A stretch of 64,000 bases of DNA from positions 64,001-128,000 of IMG/VR virus record IMGVR_UViG_3300040959_000769; one strand, 5' to 3'. Origin of the DNA: a virus. A program made the translations under genes and the position numbers. Under the pieces are notes generated by a model. It was not told the origin of the DNA. It worked only from the letters and a program-made list of their open reading frames with translations, and did not search any database. Shown here in pieces: positions 56,061 to 64,000 of the stretch. Position 1 is the stretch's first letter. Each line of letters begins with the position of its first letter.

Positions 56061-56270
56061 CTAAGACCGATTTTGAGCACGTTTGCGCTCAATTTCCTCA
56101 CGATCTTCCTGTATAACTTTAGCACACGCATACCTGAGCAACCATTCCTCATCGCTACTATCTAAAATGCGAATTGGGTCTGTGCCAAACAACTCCCCTA
56201 AACGTGCCGCGCTTTTAATGCGCGGATCATCGACCAGTTCGTCTAGGAGATCTTCGTAGGGTCCACAGTC
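56061..56270 (-). CDS. Tail assembly chaperone extension (gpT-like), probably read by -1 frameshift
   Basis: 70-codon open -1 frame (…LLDELVDDPRIKSAARLGELFGTDPIRIL…) overlapping the chaperone's end, with no good start of its own. Confidence 0.65.
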   Translation of the reverse strand, partial: DCGPYEDLLDELVDDPRIKSAARLGELFGTDPIRILDSSDEEWLLRYACAKVIQEDREEIERKRAQNRS

Positions 56271-56758
56271 TCAACTGTGTCCCCAAACCCTGCTGCATCA
56301 AGGATCGCCAAAGCAGCAGACTCAACATGAGGTTCAATACCGAAAAACGCCAACACGCCATCCGGAATCGGTCGAGAAGCACCCACCATTTCCAAAATCG
56401 CAGATGAACCAAACGTGTAAGGACGTCCCTGCTCATCCTCTGCAATCTCGTTATTGAAAGCAATACCGGTGCAAGTGTGCCCAACAACGCAAGCAGCGAA
56501 CTTCGTCGCATCCATGCCGTTCTTAGTGTCCTCACCAGACTGCTTACGCCATGCACGCATCTGCCCCTGAGTCACATTCGGAGAAACCCGAACAGTCACA
56601 CCAGGACGCTCCGGAACCTCAATGAAAACCTCAGGGCGCTCAATCTTCTTGCTCAGTGTTTCTTTCAACTGATCAAGAACCGAAGCAGAACCAGACGTTG
56701 CCGCACTTGACGACGAATCCGAAGAACCGCTGTTCATTTCGTAAAGTTCATCACTCAT
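56243..56758 (-). CDS. Tail assembly chaperone (gpG-like)
   Basis: Position between tube and TMP; start reassigned to MSDELY. Confidence 0.8.
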   Translation of the reverse strand: MSDELYEMNSGSSDSSSSAATSGSASVLDQLKETLSKKIERPEVFIEVPERPGVTVRVSPNVTQGQMRAWRKQSGEDTKNGMDATKFAACVVGHTCTGIAFNNEIAEDEQGRPYTFGSSAILEMVGASRPIPDGVLAFFGIEPHVESAALAILDAAGFGDTVETVDPTKIS

Positions 56759-56779
56759 AAGAAAGCACGCTAGCACAGC

Positions 56780-56813
56780 AAAAGAGACGCCAGTGGAACA
56801 CCGACGCCTCTTT
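56780..56813 (-). terminator. Intrinsic terminator after the tail tube gene
   Basis: AAAGAGGCGTC...GGCGTCTCTTTT stem with G-U pairs and a U tail. Confidence 0.6.
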
Positions 56814-56848
56814 CACCAACTGTGGGTTGTCTGATTTAAAAAGAACTA

Positions 56849-57316
56849 TCAGGCAGGGCTGACAGTGGAAACGCTGAAAGTCAGCGAATAGGTGGCGGGA
56901 GCCCCTGAAGCAGCGTCACCCTCAGGCTCGGTCAAACCAACGAGCAGACACTGAGCGTAACCACGGTGCGACTGAGGGTCGCGAACTTCGCAGTTCAACT
57001 CGTAAATGTCCACGTCGTAGTACGCACGACCAACCATCTGACGAAGATTGTTCAGGAACGGCTTGTCCTGAGCATCGTCATAATGGCGAGTCAACGTAAT
57101 GTCACCGATCTCCGAAGGAGCGCAAAGAATCTCAGGGAACAATTTTCCACCGATATAGATTTTCTCAACGCTTGCCGTGATCTCACCACCGCTCACCTGA
57201 GCAAAGTAAGCGAAACCAGAACCCGCATCCGCCGTAACGGTAGGAGGGGTTTCAATGTTGCCGTCCGCTGACGGTGTGATCTCAGCGACAATCTGCCTCT
57301 GTGCAACTTTTGCCAT
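56849..57316 (-). CDS. Tail tube protein
   Basis: Follows the sheath; F.QVSGGEI...GDITLTRHYD...EPEGDA.S. Confidence 0.85.
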   Translation of the reverse strand: MAKVAQRQIVAEITPSADGNIETPPTVTADAGSGFAYFAQVSGGEITASVEKIYIGGKLFPEILCAPSEIGDITLTRHYDDAQDKPFLNNLRQMVGRAYYDVDIYELNCEVRDPQSHRGYAQCLLVGLTEPEGDAASGAPATYSLTFSVSTVSPA

Positions 57317-57333
57317 GGTTACTTACTCCTGAA

Positions 57334-58860
57334 TCAGACAACTGATGCTGTTAGGTTGGACTTGGTGACATCGACCTCAATCTGGTCGGCAACGCTAGAC
57401 ACCCGGATGCCAACCTTGGCCTTGACGAGACCACCAGCCAGCTGAGACAGCGGGTTGATTGCCTCATCGACCTGGACTGAATATCCGTAGTCAATGCGCT
57501 TTCCAGTGTTGTCGAACGACTCGAACAGACCGCCAGCAGTGCGGATCGGCTCAAGAATTGCGACGAGGCGAGCCTGAACCTTTGAGAACAGGCTGTTGCG
57601 ACCGTCAATCGGTGAGAACACAAGATCCTCAAGAGCGGTCTCTGCACGGTCAACCACGTAGTTCAGCATCTCCCGAGCGGTGATGAAACGGTAGTTGTCC
57701 TCGTCGGTAGAGAGTGAACGAGCGCCATAGATGCGGGCTGCACCGTTAATGATGCGGATGCCGTTCACGCGGTGCTCATCAAGCGAATCGCTCTGCGACT
57801 TGCTGATTGCCTGCTGAACACCACTCACGAAGTTTGCGGTGGTGTCCGAACCGGCGTATGCACGCCACGGACCAGTGCCATTGTGCGCAACCGCACGCTT
57901 AGCGGCAACAAAACCCTCAGGGGAGATGGCTTCCACAGCGCCAGTGTCATTGGTGATTTTCACCCACGGGTAGTACAGTGCGCCGTACTCGGAGTGGGTA
58001 TAGGCAGAGGCGTCGTCGCCATCTTCTTCAGCGCCAGCCAAGCTAATTCCATCATCAATTGACAGCAGAGCGACACGCTGGTTGTTGTACGAATGGTTCA
58101 ACAGATCCTTCTGAATGGTTGAAGCCGAAGAATCGGAAGGATCAGTGGTTGAAGCGTTGCCTTGACCAGGGATCGCCACCGCGCCCGGACCAAGTTCAGC
58201 ACCAAACGCCGTCAAACCCTTCGTAATCGCATAGGTTGATGAAACGTCTGTCTCGTCCGTACCAAAAGAGTACGATGAAGCGTTAATCGACGCTGAGTTC
58301 TCGTCACCGCCAGCGAAAGAGGTTGCAGCAACTACAATCAAAGCAGTGATGCCGCTGTCATAGCTCGACGTAACGTACTTGGCAGCAACAGCAGAGTTAT
58401 TGATCTTGTTGTTCATCGTCGCAACGTCAGCACACTCACCGGTTGAATAAACCAGAACGTCAGAGAGATAAACCTTCAATGCGTGACCGCTTCCCAGCGA
58501 AACAATTTCGGCTTCCAAGTTGTCATCAGCCCAATCGCCAGCACCGACCGCCGTCAACGTGATGTCTCCACCCGTGACCGACAGGGTCGCCTCAGCCGTG
58601 GTTGCGCTTGCCCCCACAACACGCGACACGTAAACCTGCGCTCCGCCCTCTTCAAAGAACGTTTGAACCTGCTGATGCGTGTAAGCACCAGAAACGAATC
58701 CGCCGTACCGTGACTCGTAGTCAGCAAGACTGGTCACCAACTTCGCCGCGTCCGAAGGGCCACGCTCGGTGCGACCCACGATAAAGAACGTGGCGGTAGG
58801 TGAGATATTCGTGGTGGATGGTCCCGTGCGAACCGATGTGTTTACGACAATGCCTGGCAT
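57334..58860 (-). CDS. Tail sheath protein (contractile tail)
   Basis: MPGIVV, GRTERGP, YYPWV, VNGIRII...IYGARSL, LEDLVFSPIDG. Confidence 0.93.
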   Translation of the reverse strand: MPGIVVNTSVRTGPSTTNISPTATFFIVGRTERGPSDAAKLVTSLADYESRYGGFVSGAYTHQQVQTFFEEGGAQVYVSRVVGASATTAEATLSVTGGDITLTAVGAGDWADDNLEAEIVSLGSGHALKVYLSDVLVYSTGECADVATMNNKINNSAVAAKYVTSSYDSGITALIVVAATSFAGGDENSASINASSYSFGTDETDVSSTYAITKGLTAFGAELGPGAVAIPGQGNASTTDPSDSSASTIQKDLLNHSYNNQRVALLSIDDGISLAGAEEDGDDASAYTHSEYGALYYPWVKITNDTGAVEAISPEGFVAAKRAVAHNGTGPWRAYAGSDTTANFVSGVQQAISKSQSDSLDEHRVNGIRIINGAARIYGARSLSTDEDNYRFITAREMLNYVVDRAETALEDLVFSPIDGRNSLFSKVQARLVAILEPIRTAGGLFESFDNTGKRIDYGYSVQVDEAINPLSQLAGGLVKAKVGIRVSSVADQIEVDVTKSNLTASVV

Positions 58861-58998
58861 TTGTCTTCCTCCGCTGTGACGCTTTTGTCCCTAGTGGCTT
58901 ATGAAATTATACCGAACGACTTTCGTACCTCTAGGAACTTTCATCGTCCGCTCCTTTATTGTCTCTTATTTTTGCTCTCCGTAGGGGAAGTACGGTGA

Positions 58999-59595
58999 TT
59001 ATAAGTCTTTCAGTAAGGGGAGCAGAGGATTCACTGTTGTACGGATCTCATCTGCCGAATCGGCAATATTCGCAACAGTGATCTGCTCGTTGATCTGGAG
59101 AGTGTAAGAAATATACGCTCCTGCCATGACTCGCTCGCCCTTGAGGAACGTCAGTTCTGAATACTCTTCACGAATTGAAGCCTCATCGATCATGACAAAC
59201 AAGTTGTTATCGCCAGATTTTTTATCCAGACATGGAGAATCCAGCAAAGCCGCACGAACGACAGTGCTCAACCTGTCACGTTTCGCAGTGCATTGATCCG
59301 AGTCATCATCCTTGACCCAAACATATGTACGCATCGTGTAATTAACCTGATACTGCGGGTCAAAAATGGCGCTGTAATTTTCCCGTTCCAACCCATTCAT
59401 TGAAATGGCAACCGTGATCAGAGTTGGCCACGAATCAATCGCAACCGGTTCGTACACCAAATACTTCACGGGATCAGGAAGATTTTCATCATCCAAATTC
59501 CACTCGTTACGGTACGTTCGCAGGCGAGAAGGCAAATCATTCTTCAAATACTCATTGACAAACGACTTAGCGTTGTAAGCACCCTGCATAGTCAT
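58999..59595 (-). CDS. Tail completion/terminator-like protein
   Basis: Position between neck genes and sheath; P.KYLVYEP...WPTLIT. Confidence 0.65.
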   Translation of the reverse strand: MTMQGAYNAKSFVNEYLKNDLPSRLRTYRNEWNLDDENLPDPVKYLVYEPVAIDSWPTLITVAISMNGLERENYSAIFDPQYQVNYTMRTYVWVKDDDSDQCTAKRDRLSTVVRAALLDSPCLDKKSGDNNLFVMIDEASIREEYSELTFLKGERVMAGAYISYTLQINEQITVANIADSADEIRTTVNPLLPLLKDL

Positions 59596-60023
59596 CAGGT
59601 ATCACCCCGAGAAACATACCGAGCCGACATTTCAGCCAGATCCCTAGAAAAACCTGGCGGATCATAAACAACCCTACGCGCAGGCATAAACCGCGTCCCA
59701 TACTGATGGAACTTTGCGTACTCAACATCTGTTCCGAACTCAGCCGACAACGGGGTAATCGTGTTGGGAGCGCCACGCATGTTCGTCAAACTTGAGAACA
59801 ACTTCCCTGTCCGACGCATAATTGGCCACGCATAGTCGCGCTTACGTGGATCCCAGCCGCCAGAAGGTAAACCGTTGGCCGTGAAGTTCTCAGCGTTTGC
59901 CTTTTCAAGCATCCCTCGAGCTTCACGAAACACAGGAGTGAAGTTCTTAGATCTGCGTGACATAGCACCCAGCCGAGCCATCACCTTCTTGGCATCACAA
60001 CTGATGTCTAACTCAACGGACAT
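59595..60023 (-). CDS. Virion morphogenesis / neck protein (Mu gpG, HK97 gp10-like)
   Basis: TGKLFSSL, FGTDVEYAKFHQYGT..MPAR. Confidence 0.8.
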   Translation of the reverse strand: MSVELDISCDAKKVMARLGAMSRRSKNFTPVFREARGMLEKANAENFTANGLPSGGWDPRKRDYAWPIMRRTGKLFSSLTNMRGAPNTITPLSAEFGTDVEYAKFHQYGTRFMPARRVVYDPPGFSRDLAEMSARYVSRGDT

Positions 60024-60661
60024 TATGAAACCCGAACCCTCCGATGACGGCGAATTGATTGGATTTCTTCAGGAGTGAAACCTGTCGTCAGAGGAGCAAC
60101 GTTCCTTGTCTCCAAATCCTTCAAGCCAACAACATCGTCATGCATGTTTTGCATCTCCCGAGCAGCGGCTCGCAGAATAAGCAACTTGAAGTGCTTCACA
60201 TTCGGTCCGTCAAGACCAGCCGTGTAAGTGATGTCAATCCGGTCATTGGCAAACGTCCGGTAAATATCAATCCCGTAACGCTGAACAATGAAATCTCGCC
60301 CCTCGGTCAAAGTCTCGCTAGCAGACCCCGGAGTTGGGGCGGTGACCGTCAACGACGTAACAGACACAATAGGGGAATTGCGAACATACAACGTGTATGG
60401 CGGTTGCAGGAACGACATGACTTCGCCAGCCATTGTCTTGTCCATTGAGTAGTCGTAGAAAAACGAAGAGTTCGGGATTCCCAAGTTTGAAGGGGCAACC
60501 GTGTATTCCTCGGTGAACGACGTCTGTTCAATCGGTCGCCGAAGAATCGACTCCATTTCGCTTTGCAGACCATCCAGCACAAACTCGCAGGCATGCGACT
60601 GCCTGTTTGAAAACTTGATATCCATGTACCGCTCTACGTCGGTCTGCGTTACTAAAGCCAT
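60023..60661 (-). CDS. Head-to-tail adaptor
   Basis: Start at MALVTQTDV after GAGGT; PIVSVTSL, ITYTAG. Confidence 0.75.
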   Translation of the reverse strand: MALVTQTDVERYMDIKFSNRQSHACEFVLDGLQSEMESILRRPIEQTSFTEEYTVAPSNLGIPNSSFFYDYSMDKTMAGEVMSFLQPPYTLYVRNSPIVSVTSLTVTAPTPGSASETLTEGRDFIVQRYGIDIYRTFANDRIDITYTAGLDGPNVKHFKLLILRAAAREMQNMHDDVVGLKDLETRNVAPLTTGFTPEEIQSIRRHRRVRVS

Positions 60662-60720
60662 TTTGCCACCTCGGTAGGGCGCGACGATTACCCACACCGA
60701 TTTTACATGGTGGAATGGTT

Positions 60721-62295
60721 TTAGACAGGCAAAGACGTAAAGTCGTCAAGGAATTTAGTGAAGTCAGTATTTCCAAACTGATCGTAAAGCTTCCAACGAT
60801 CAGCCAACCAAATATGCGCCTCAGCGTGCGATACACCGTAACGACGCATATACCACGCTTTCAAGATGAACCCAGTTCGGCTACGTCCAGCATGACAATG
60901 CACAACAACTTTTTTACCTGAATCAAGCCAAGCGTCAATCGTGTCTACCGCATCCTTGACCGTGGTCTCTAGATGAGGGTTCGCCCCAACTGTGTCAATA
61001 ATAAAATAGTTGCGCCGATTCTTGAACCTCTTCGTCAAAGAGCCCGTACGGCATAGGGAGATGAGATGGAAAGAATCATCATCGCACGACGCCACACCGG
61101 GAAGATTCGCAGCATACAACTCAAAGTTTTCGTCAAGCAGTTGAGGACCAGCAGCGGGTTCAAATCGAGTCAACTCATCAGGATTGGTGAACAAAACCCA
61201 ATCATGAATAACGGAGTTGAGTTCGTCGTACCCCATGTGACCGAATTCTGTTCCAGGAATAACCCCGTTGACATTCGTGATCCACCTGGAAGGGATGGAA
61301 TCAACCCCGTACAACGCGCCAGCGATAGCACCAGCAACAGCAGCGACAGTGTCTGTGTCTCCACCAATGTTGATGGTCTTGACGATTGCATCCTCAAACG
61401 ATGACGTTGAACAAACAGCCCAAACCGCTTGAGCCAAACATGTGATGGCTTTCCCGTTCGTAGGTCCGTTCAACACAACTCCAGAGTCACGGAATCCAAA
61501 AACCATCCCAAGAGCCTCGTTGTGAAACTCACCAGAAAGATCATCAACAATACTGGCTAACAGTTCAGCCTCCGTTCCAACAGGAAAACTGTCGTTCTGC
61601 ACCGAATCGTAAATCTTGTACATGATTGACGCCATCAGTAAAGATGCATCAACCGCATCGTCGTCCCAGTGAGTAAGTCGTGTCTGGGACTCCGAAAACC
61701 TCAAAACATCTTCAAGATTGAGTTCATCAAAATTACCTACAAAAGAAGCAATCATTGGACCAAGCCGCATAATGCAACCATTGCTTGCGCTGAAACCAGT
61801 TCTCTCGTGCTGAGCCTTGGCACCCAATCGGTAGTCGTGGTGAGACAGCGAGCCCCTCGTGGTGCTACCAACATCGGCTGCGGTCTTAGCCCAAGTTCTG
61901 TACATGTCGTAGAGGTGCGACAAGAAGTGATCGTAAGCATCGTCAATCTTGTTCTTAGTGCCAATGGCAAACGCTTCCGAAAACCTGTCATAGTTTTCGA
62001 CAATTGCAGATATCCCGATTAGAGCCATCTGCGTGTCGTCGGTGAATTCGCCAGGACGCCAATTGAAAGCTCCGCCACCAATCATCTCGCCAGTTCCCGT
62101 CAGGACAGGCTCGCCCCCGAAACATTCCGAGTAGCGGTTAGCGGCACCAAACTCAAACGGTGCCCCTAAAGCATCGGCTACAGCCTGACCAAAAACAGTG
62201 CCAAGCAAAGCCTTCTCTTTGTCTCGTCTGCCAAAGAGTGTCTGCATGCTCTCCTCGTAGAAAAAGTCGTCGTAGTAATAACCAGTTGATGTCAT
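60721..62295 (-). CDS. ADP-ribosylglycohydrolase fused to a dual-specificity phosphatase domain
   Basis: AVADALG, GEFTDDTQM, NGCIMR, GGDTDTVAAVAGAIAGA; C-terminal VVVHCHAGRSRT (CX5R). Confidence 0.92.
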   Translation of the reverse strand: MTSTGYYYDDFFYEESMQTLFGRRDKEKALLGTVFGQAVADALGAPFEFGAANRYSECFGGEPVLTGTGEMIGGGAFNWRPGEFTDDTQMALIGISAIVENYDRFSEAFAIGTKNKIDDAYDHFLSHLYDMYRTWAKTAADVGSTTRGSLSHHDYRLGAKAQHERTGFSASNGCIMRLGPMIASFVGNFDELNLEDVLRFSESQTRLTHWDDDAVDASLLMASIMYKIYDSVQNDSFPVGTEAELLASIVDDLSGEFHNEALGMVFGFRDSGVVLNGPTNGKAITCLAQAVWAVCSTSSFEDAIVKTINIGGDTDTVAAVAGAIAGALYGVDSIPSRWITNVNGVIPGTEFGHMGYDELNSVIHDWVLFTNPDELTRFEPAAGPQLLDENFELYAANLPGVASCDDDSFHLISLCRTGSLTKRFKNRRNYFIIDTVGANPHLETTVKDAVDTIDAWLDSGKKVVVHCHAGRSRTGFILKAWYMRRYGVSHAEAHIWLADRWKLYDQFGNTDFTKFLDDFTSLPV

Positions 62296-62301
62296 GTCCC
62301 C

Positions 62302-62330
62302 ATCATAGGGTGCGTTGACATTTTTTGCAA
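62302..62330 (-). promoter_or_regulatory. sigma70/sigmaA-type promoter, leaderless
   Basis: TTGCAA-17 nt-TATGAT, then 6 nt to the ATG at 62295. Confidence 0.75.
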
Positions 62331-62412
62331 CCTCAGTAAATGTACGGAGGCTTATATTTCTTTGTGATTTTTTTCCAAACGTGCTTCAAGCGCAGTTTTA
62401 AAATTTTCAACT

Positions 62413-63378
62413 TCACACTATTCTGCTTCCTAGATGGGCTTCAGCCAAATGGATATGAGAGTGAAACCCTGGATGCACGCCATCAAAAGCGTATGTCCAG
62501 ACTTCCTCCCGCCAACAAAAATCCTCCGGAGTTGCCATACAACAATCAGTCGGATGCCCCACAGGATGAGGCTTTGAATCCAACATGCTCTTATGCAGCG
62601 GAGCATAACCAGGATACCTAACACCATTAGCCAGCATCATCTTATGAGTAGACGCTGCATACGTGGAAAGAACCAGAGGGATCCCCGTAGCCCACGAAAC
62701 CAGACTCAACATGTCCAACGCCATCATGTTCTCACGAACAATCATTGCCAACGGAGGCTGACGATCAGTGCCATCAGGAGACTCAATCCGCACGCCATTC
62801 CTCTTCGCCTCATGCGTAAAAAAGTTCGCGGTGTCAGGGTCGTACCAAATAGCAGACTCCTCATAATCGTCACCACCTCGACGCACTTGAACCCACCCAC
62901 GATGAATATCAGGCAAGCACAAATGAATTTCCTTAGGCCACCCAAACCTGTCAATGTGCGAAAACACCATGTAGACAATCTTTGAGATACTTGCGCCCGG
63001 TTCACCAACGACATTCACGTACTCTGTGTCGTAACGGTTGTCCCTCAAGATATGTGGCCAAGTTTCCCTGAAGCTCAATCCAAACCCAACAGTCACAGAG
63101 CAGCCTGCACAAAGAAGGTCAGGGTTCTGAACGAACTCCGTCCCATGGAAGCCGTGCGAATTGACCCGATAAGACAGGTCGCCCATCGGCGCATGCCAAT
63201 CTTCTCCATTAGTGAACTTCTCATCTCCAATGAAGTAGCAATTTTCCTCTTTGAAGTGACGCTGCTCGTCGTGTTGAGGAAAAAAGAACGAACCAGCCAA
63301 ACGTGTTGCCCCATAATCAACACCGTCAACATCTGTTGGGTCAACAAATGGAAATTTGCGTAAGAATTCTGAAATCAT
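62413..63378 (-). CDS. SGNH/GDSL-hydrolase-like protein
   Basis: LCAGCSVTVG.G (block I), GEPGAS (block II), DGVHPG (block V). Confidence 0.65.
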   Translation of the reverse strand: MISEFLRKFPFVDPTDVDGVDYGATRLAGSFFFPQHDEQRHFKEENCYFIGDEKFTNGEDWHAPMGDLSYRVNSHGFHGTEFVQNPDLLCAGCSVTVGFGLSFRETWPHILRDNRYDTEYVNVVGEPGASISKIVYMVFSHIDRFGWPKEIHLCLPDIHRGWVQVRRGGDDYEESAIWYDPDTANFFTHEAKRNGVRIESPDGTDRQPPLAMIVRENMMALDMLSLVSWATGIPLVLSTYAASTHKMMLANGVRYPGYAPLHKSMLDSKPHPVGHPTDCCMATPEDFCWREEVWTYAFDGVHPGFHSHIHLAEAHLGSRIV

Positions 63379-63998
63379 ATTTTCCGATCTGGTCGAGTAA
63401 CGGCATCCAAATCCGTCGGCTCAAACTTTGTTCCCTCATGCCAAGCACTTATGTCTCCGTACTGACTATCAGATATCTCTTCACCGGTCAACAACTCAGC
63501 CAAATGTAGATGCATGTGAAAACCTGGGTGCGGGTAAAACCGATCCCACTTGATGTCAAGCCCGTAGTCCCACATTTCGTCCTGCCACTTTGACTGTGGT
63601 TTTTTATCGCAACACTTTGTTCGGGAACCGATAGGAGTTATCTCTCCGGGGTACCCCCAGTTTGCGTAGCAACGCTCATTTTCTTCATGAGCAATGTCAC
63701 CCCAAGTCCTACTTGGCTTCATCAAAAACAGCGGAGGTGGAACAACCTCCGGATAGTCAATCAGCCTTAGAGTTTTAAAAGTGTGAGACTCCCAACTTGA
63801 GAGACGCAACTCAATGCCCATAGCGTCACACAACATCGCTAGCACTTCAATCATGGACAAGTTGTAGTTGGCAACAATGTCTAGCGGGATGATTGACTTG
63901 TTCTGGTCAATTGATAGGTACGAAAAAACTTTGTTATTGAAGTCGATGTAGTAACCGTTCTCGGCGTAGTAAGTGACTTTTCCGCCGATCCATTCACG
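63375..63998 (-). CDS. SGNH-like paralog, 5'-truncated by the window edge
   Basis: The frame is open from 63998 (REWIGGKVTYY...) through the listed 161-aa ORF; it shares C...P...W....D...HPG.H.H.HLAE with 62413. Confidence 0.6.
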   Translation of the reverse strand, partial: REWIGGKVTYYAENGYYIDFNNKVFSYLSIDQNKSIIPLDIVANYNLSMIEVLAMLCDAMGIELRLSSWESHTFKTLRLIDYPEVVPPPLFLMKPSRTWGDIAHEENERCYANWGYPGEITPIGSRTKCCDKKPQSKWQDEMWDYGLDIKWDRFYPHPGFHMHLHLAELLTGEEISDSQYGDISAWHEGTKFEPTDLDAVTRPDRKI

Positions 63999-64000
63999 AT

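Noticed and set aside
56282-56292. GGGTTTG as the canonical slippery site
   Set aside because: It is in the wrong phase, and a -1-frame TGA lies between it and the downstream ORF.
1-64000. tRNA genes, introns/inteins, stop-codon reassignment, integrase
   Set aside because: Intergenic gaps are short with no cloverleaf seen. TerL and other genes have normal lengths without intein motifs, and standard-code ORFs tile the window using all three stops.

Overview
A 64-kb segment of a large tailed dsDNA phage with an HK97-type head (prohead protease, portal-MuF fusion) and a contractile tail (sheath, tube, tape measure, baseplate). Gene families and leaderless sigma70/sigmaA-like promoters suggest an actinobacterial host (inference). 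Layout: head genes on the minus strand (1-11249); a divergent plus-strand block with TerL, a recombination set, dCMP deaminase, ParB/PAPS-reductase genes and a glycosyltransferase (11307-21482); a ~13-kb tailoring-enzyme island (21484-33963); tail and fibre genes on the minus strand (34048-60661); then an ADP-ribosylglycohydrolase/phosphatase fusion and two SGNH-like genes. The island holds nine Fe(II)/2-oxoglutarate oxygenase genes (5 prolyl-hydroxylase-like, 2 PhyH-like, 2 TauD-like), a DUF6065-like protein, a Rossmann reductase, a methyltransferase-like protein and a divergent glutathione peroxidase. The most striking feature is a 195-aa gene, between the 2094-aa tail fibre and this island, whose C-terminal part is 26 consecutive Pro-Pro-X-Phe units. 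I propose it is the substrate of a phage-encoded protein/peptide hydroxylation-glycosylation system (inference). No major capsid gene, endolysin, tRNA, CRISPR array or integrase was recognised. All family calls come from motif recognition by eye, not database searches.
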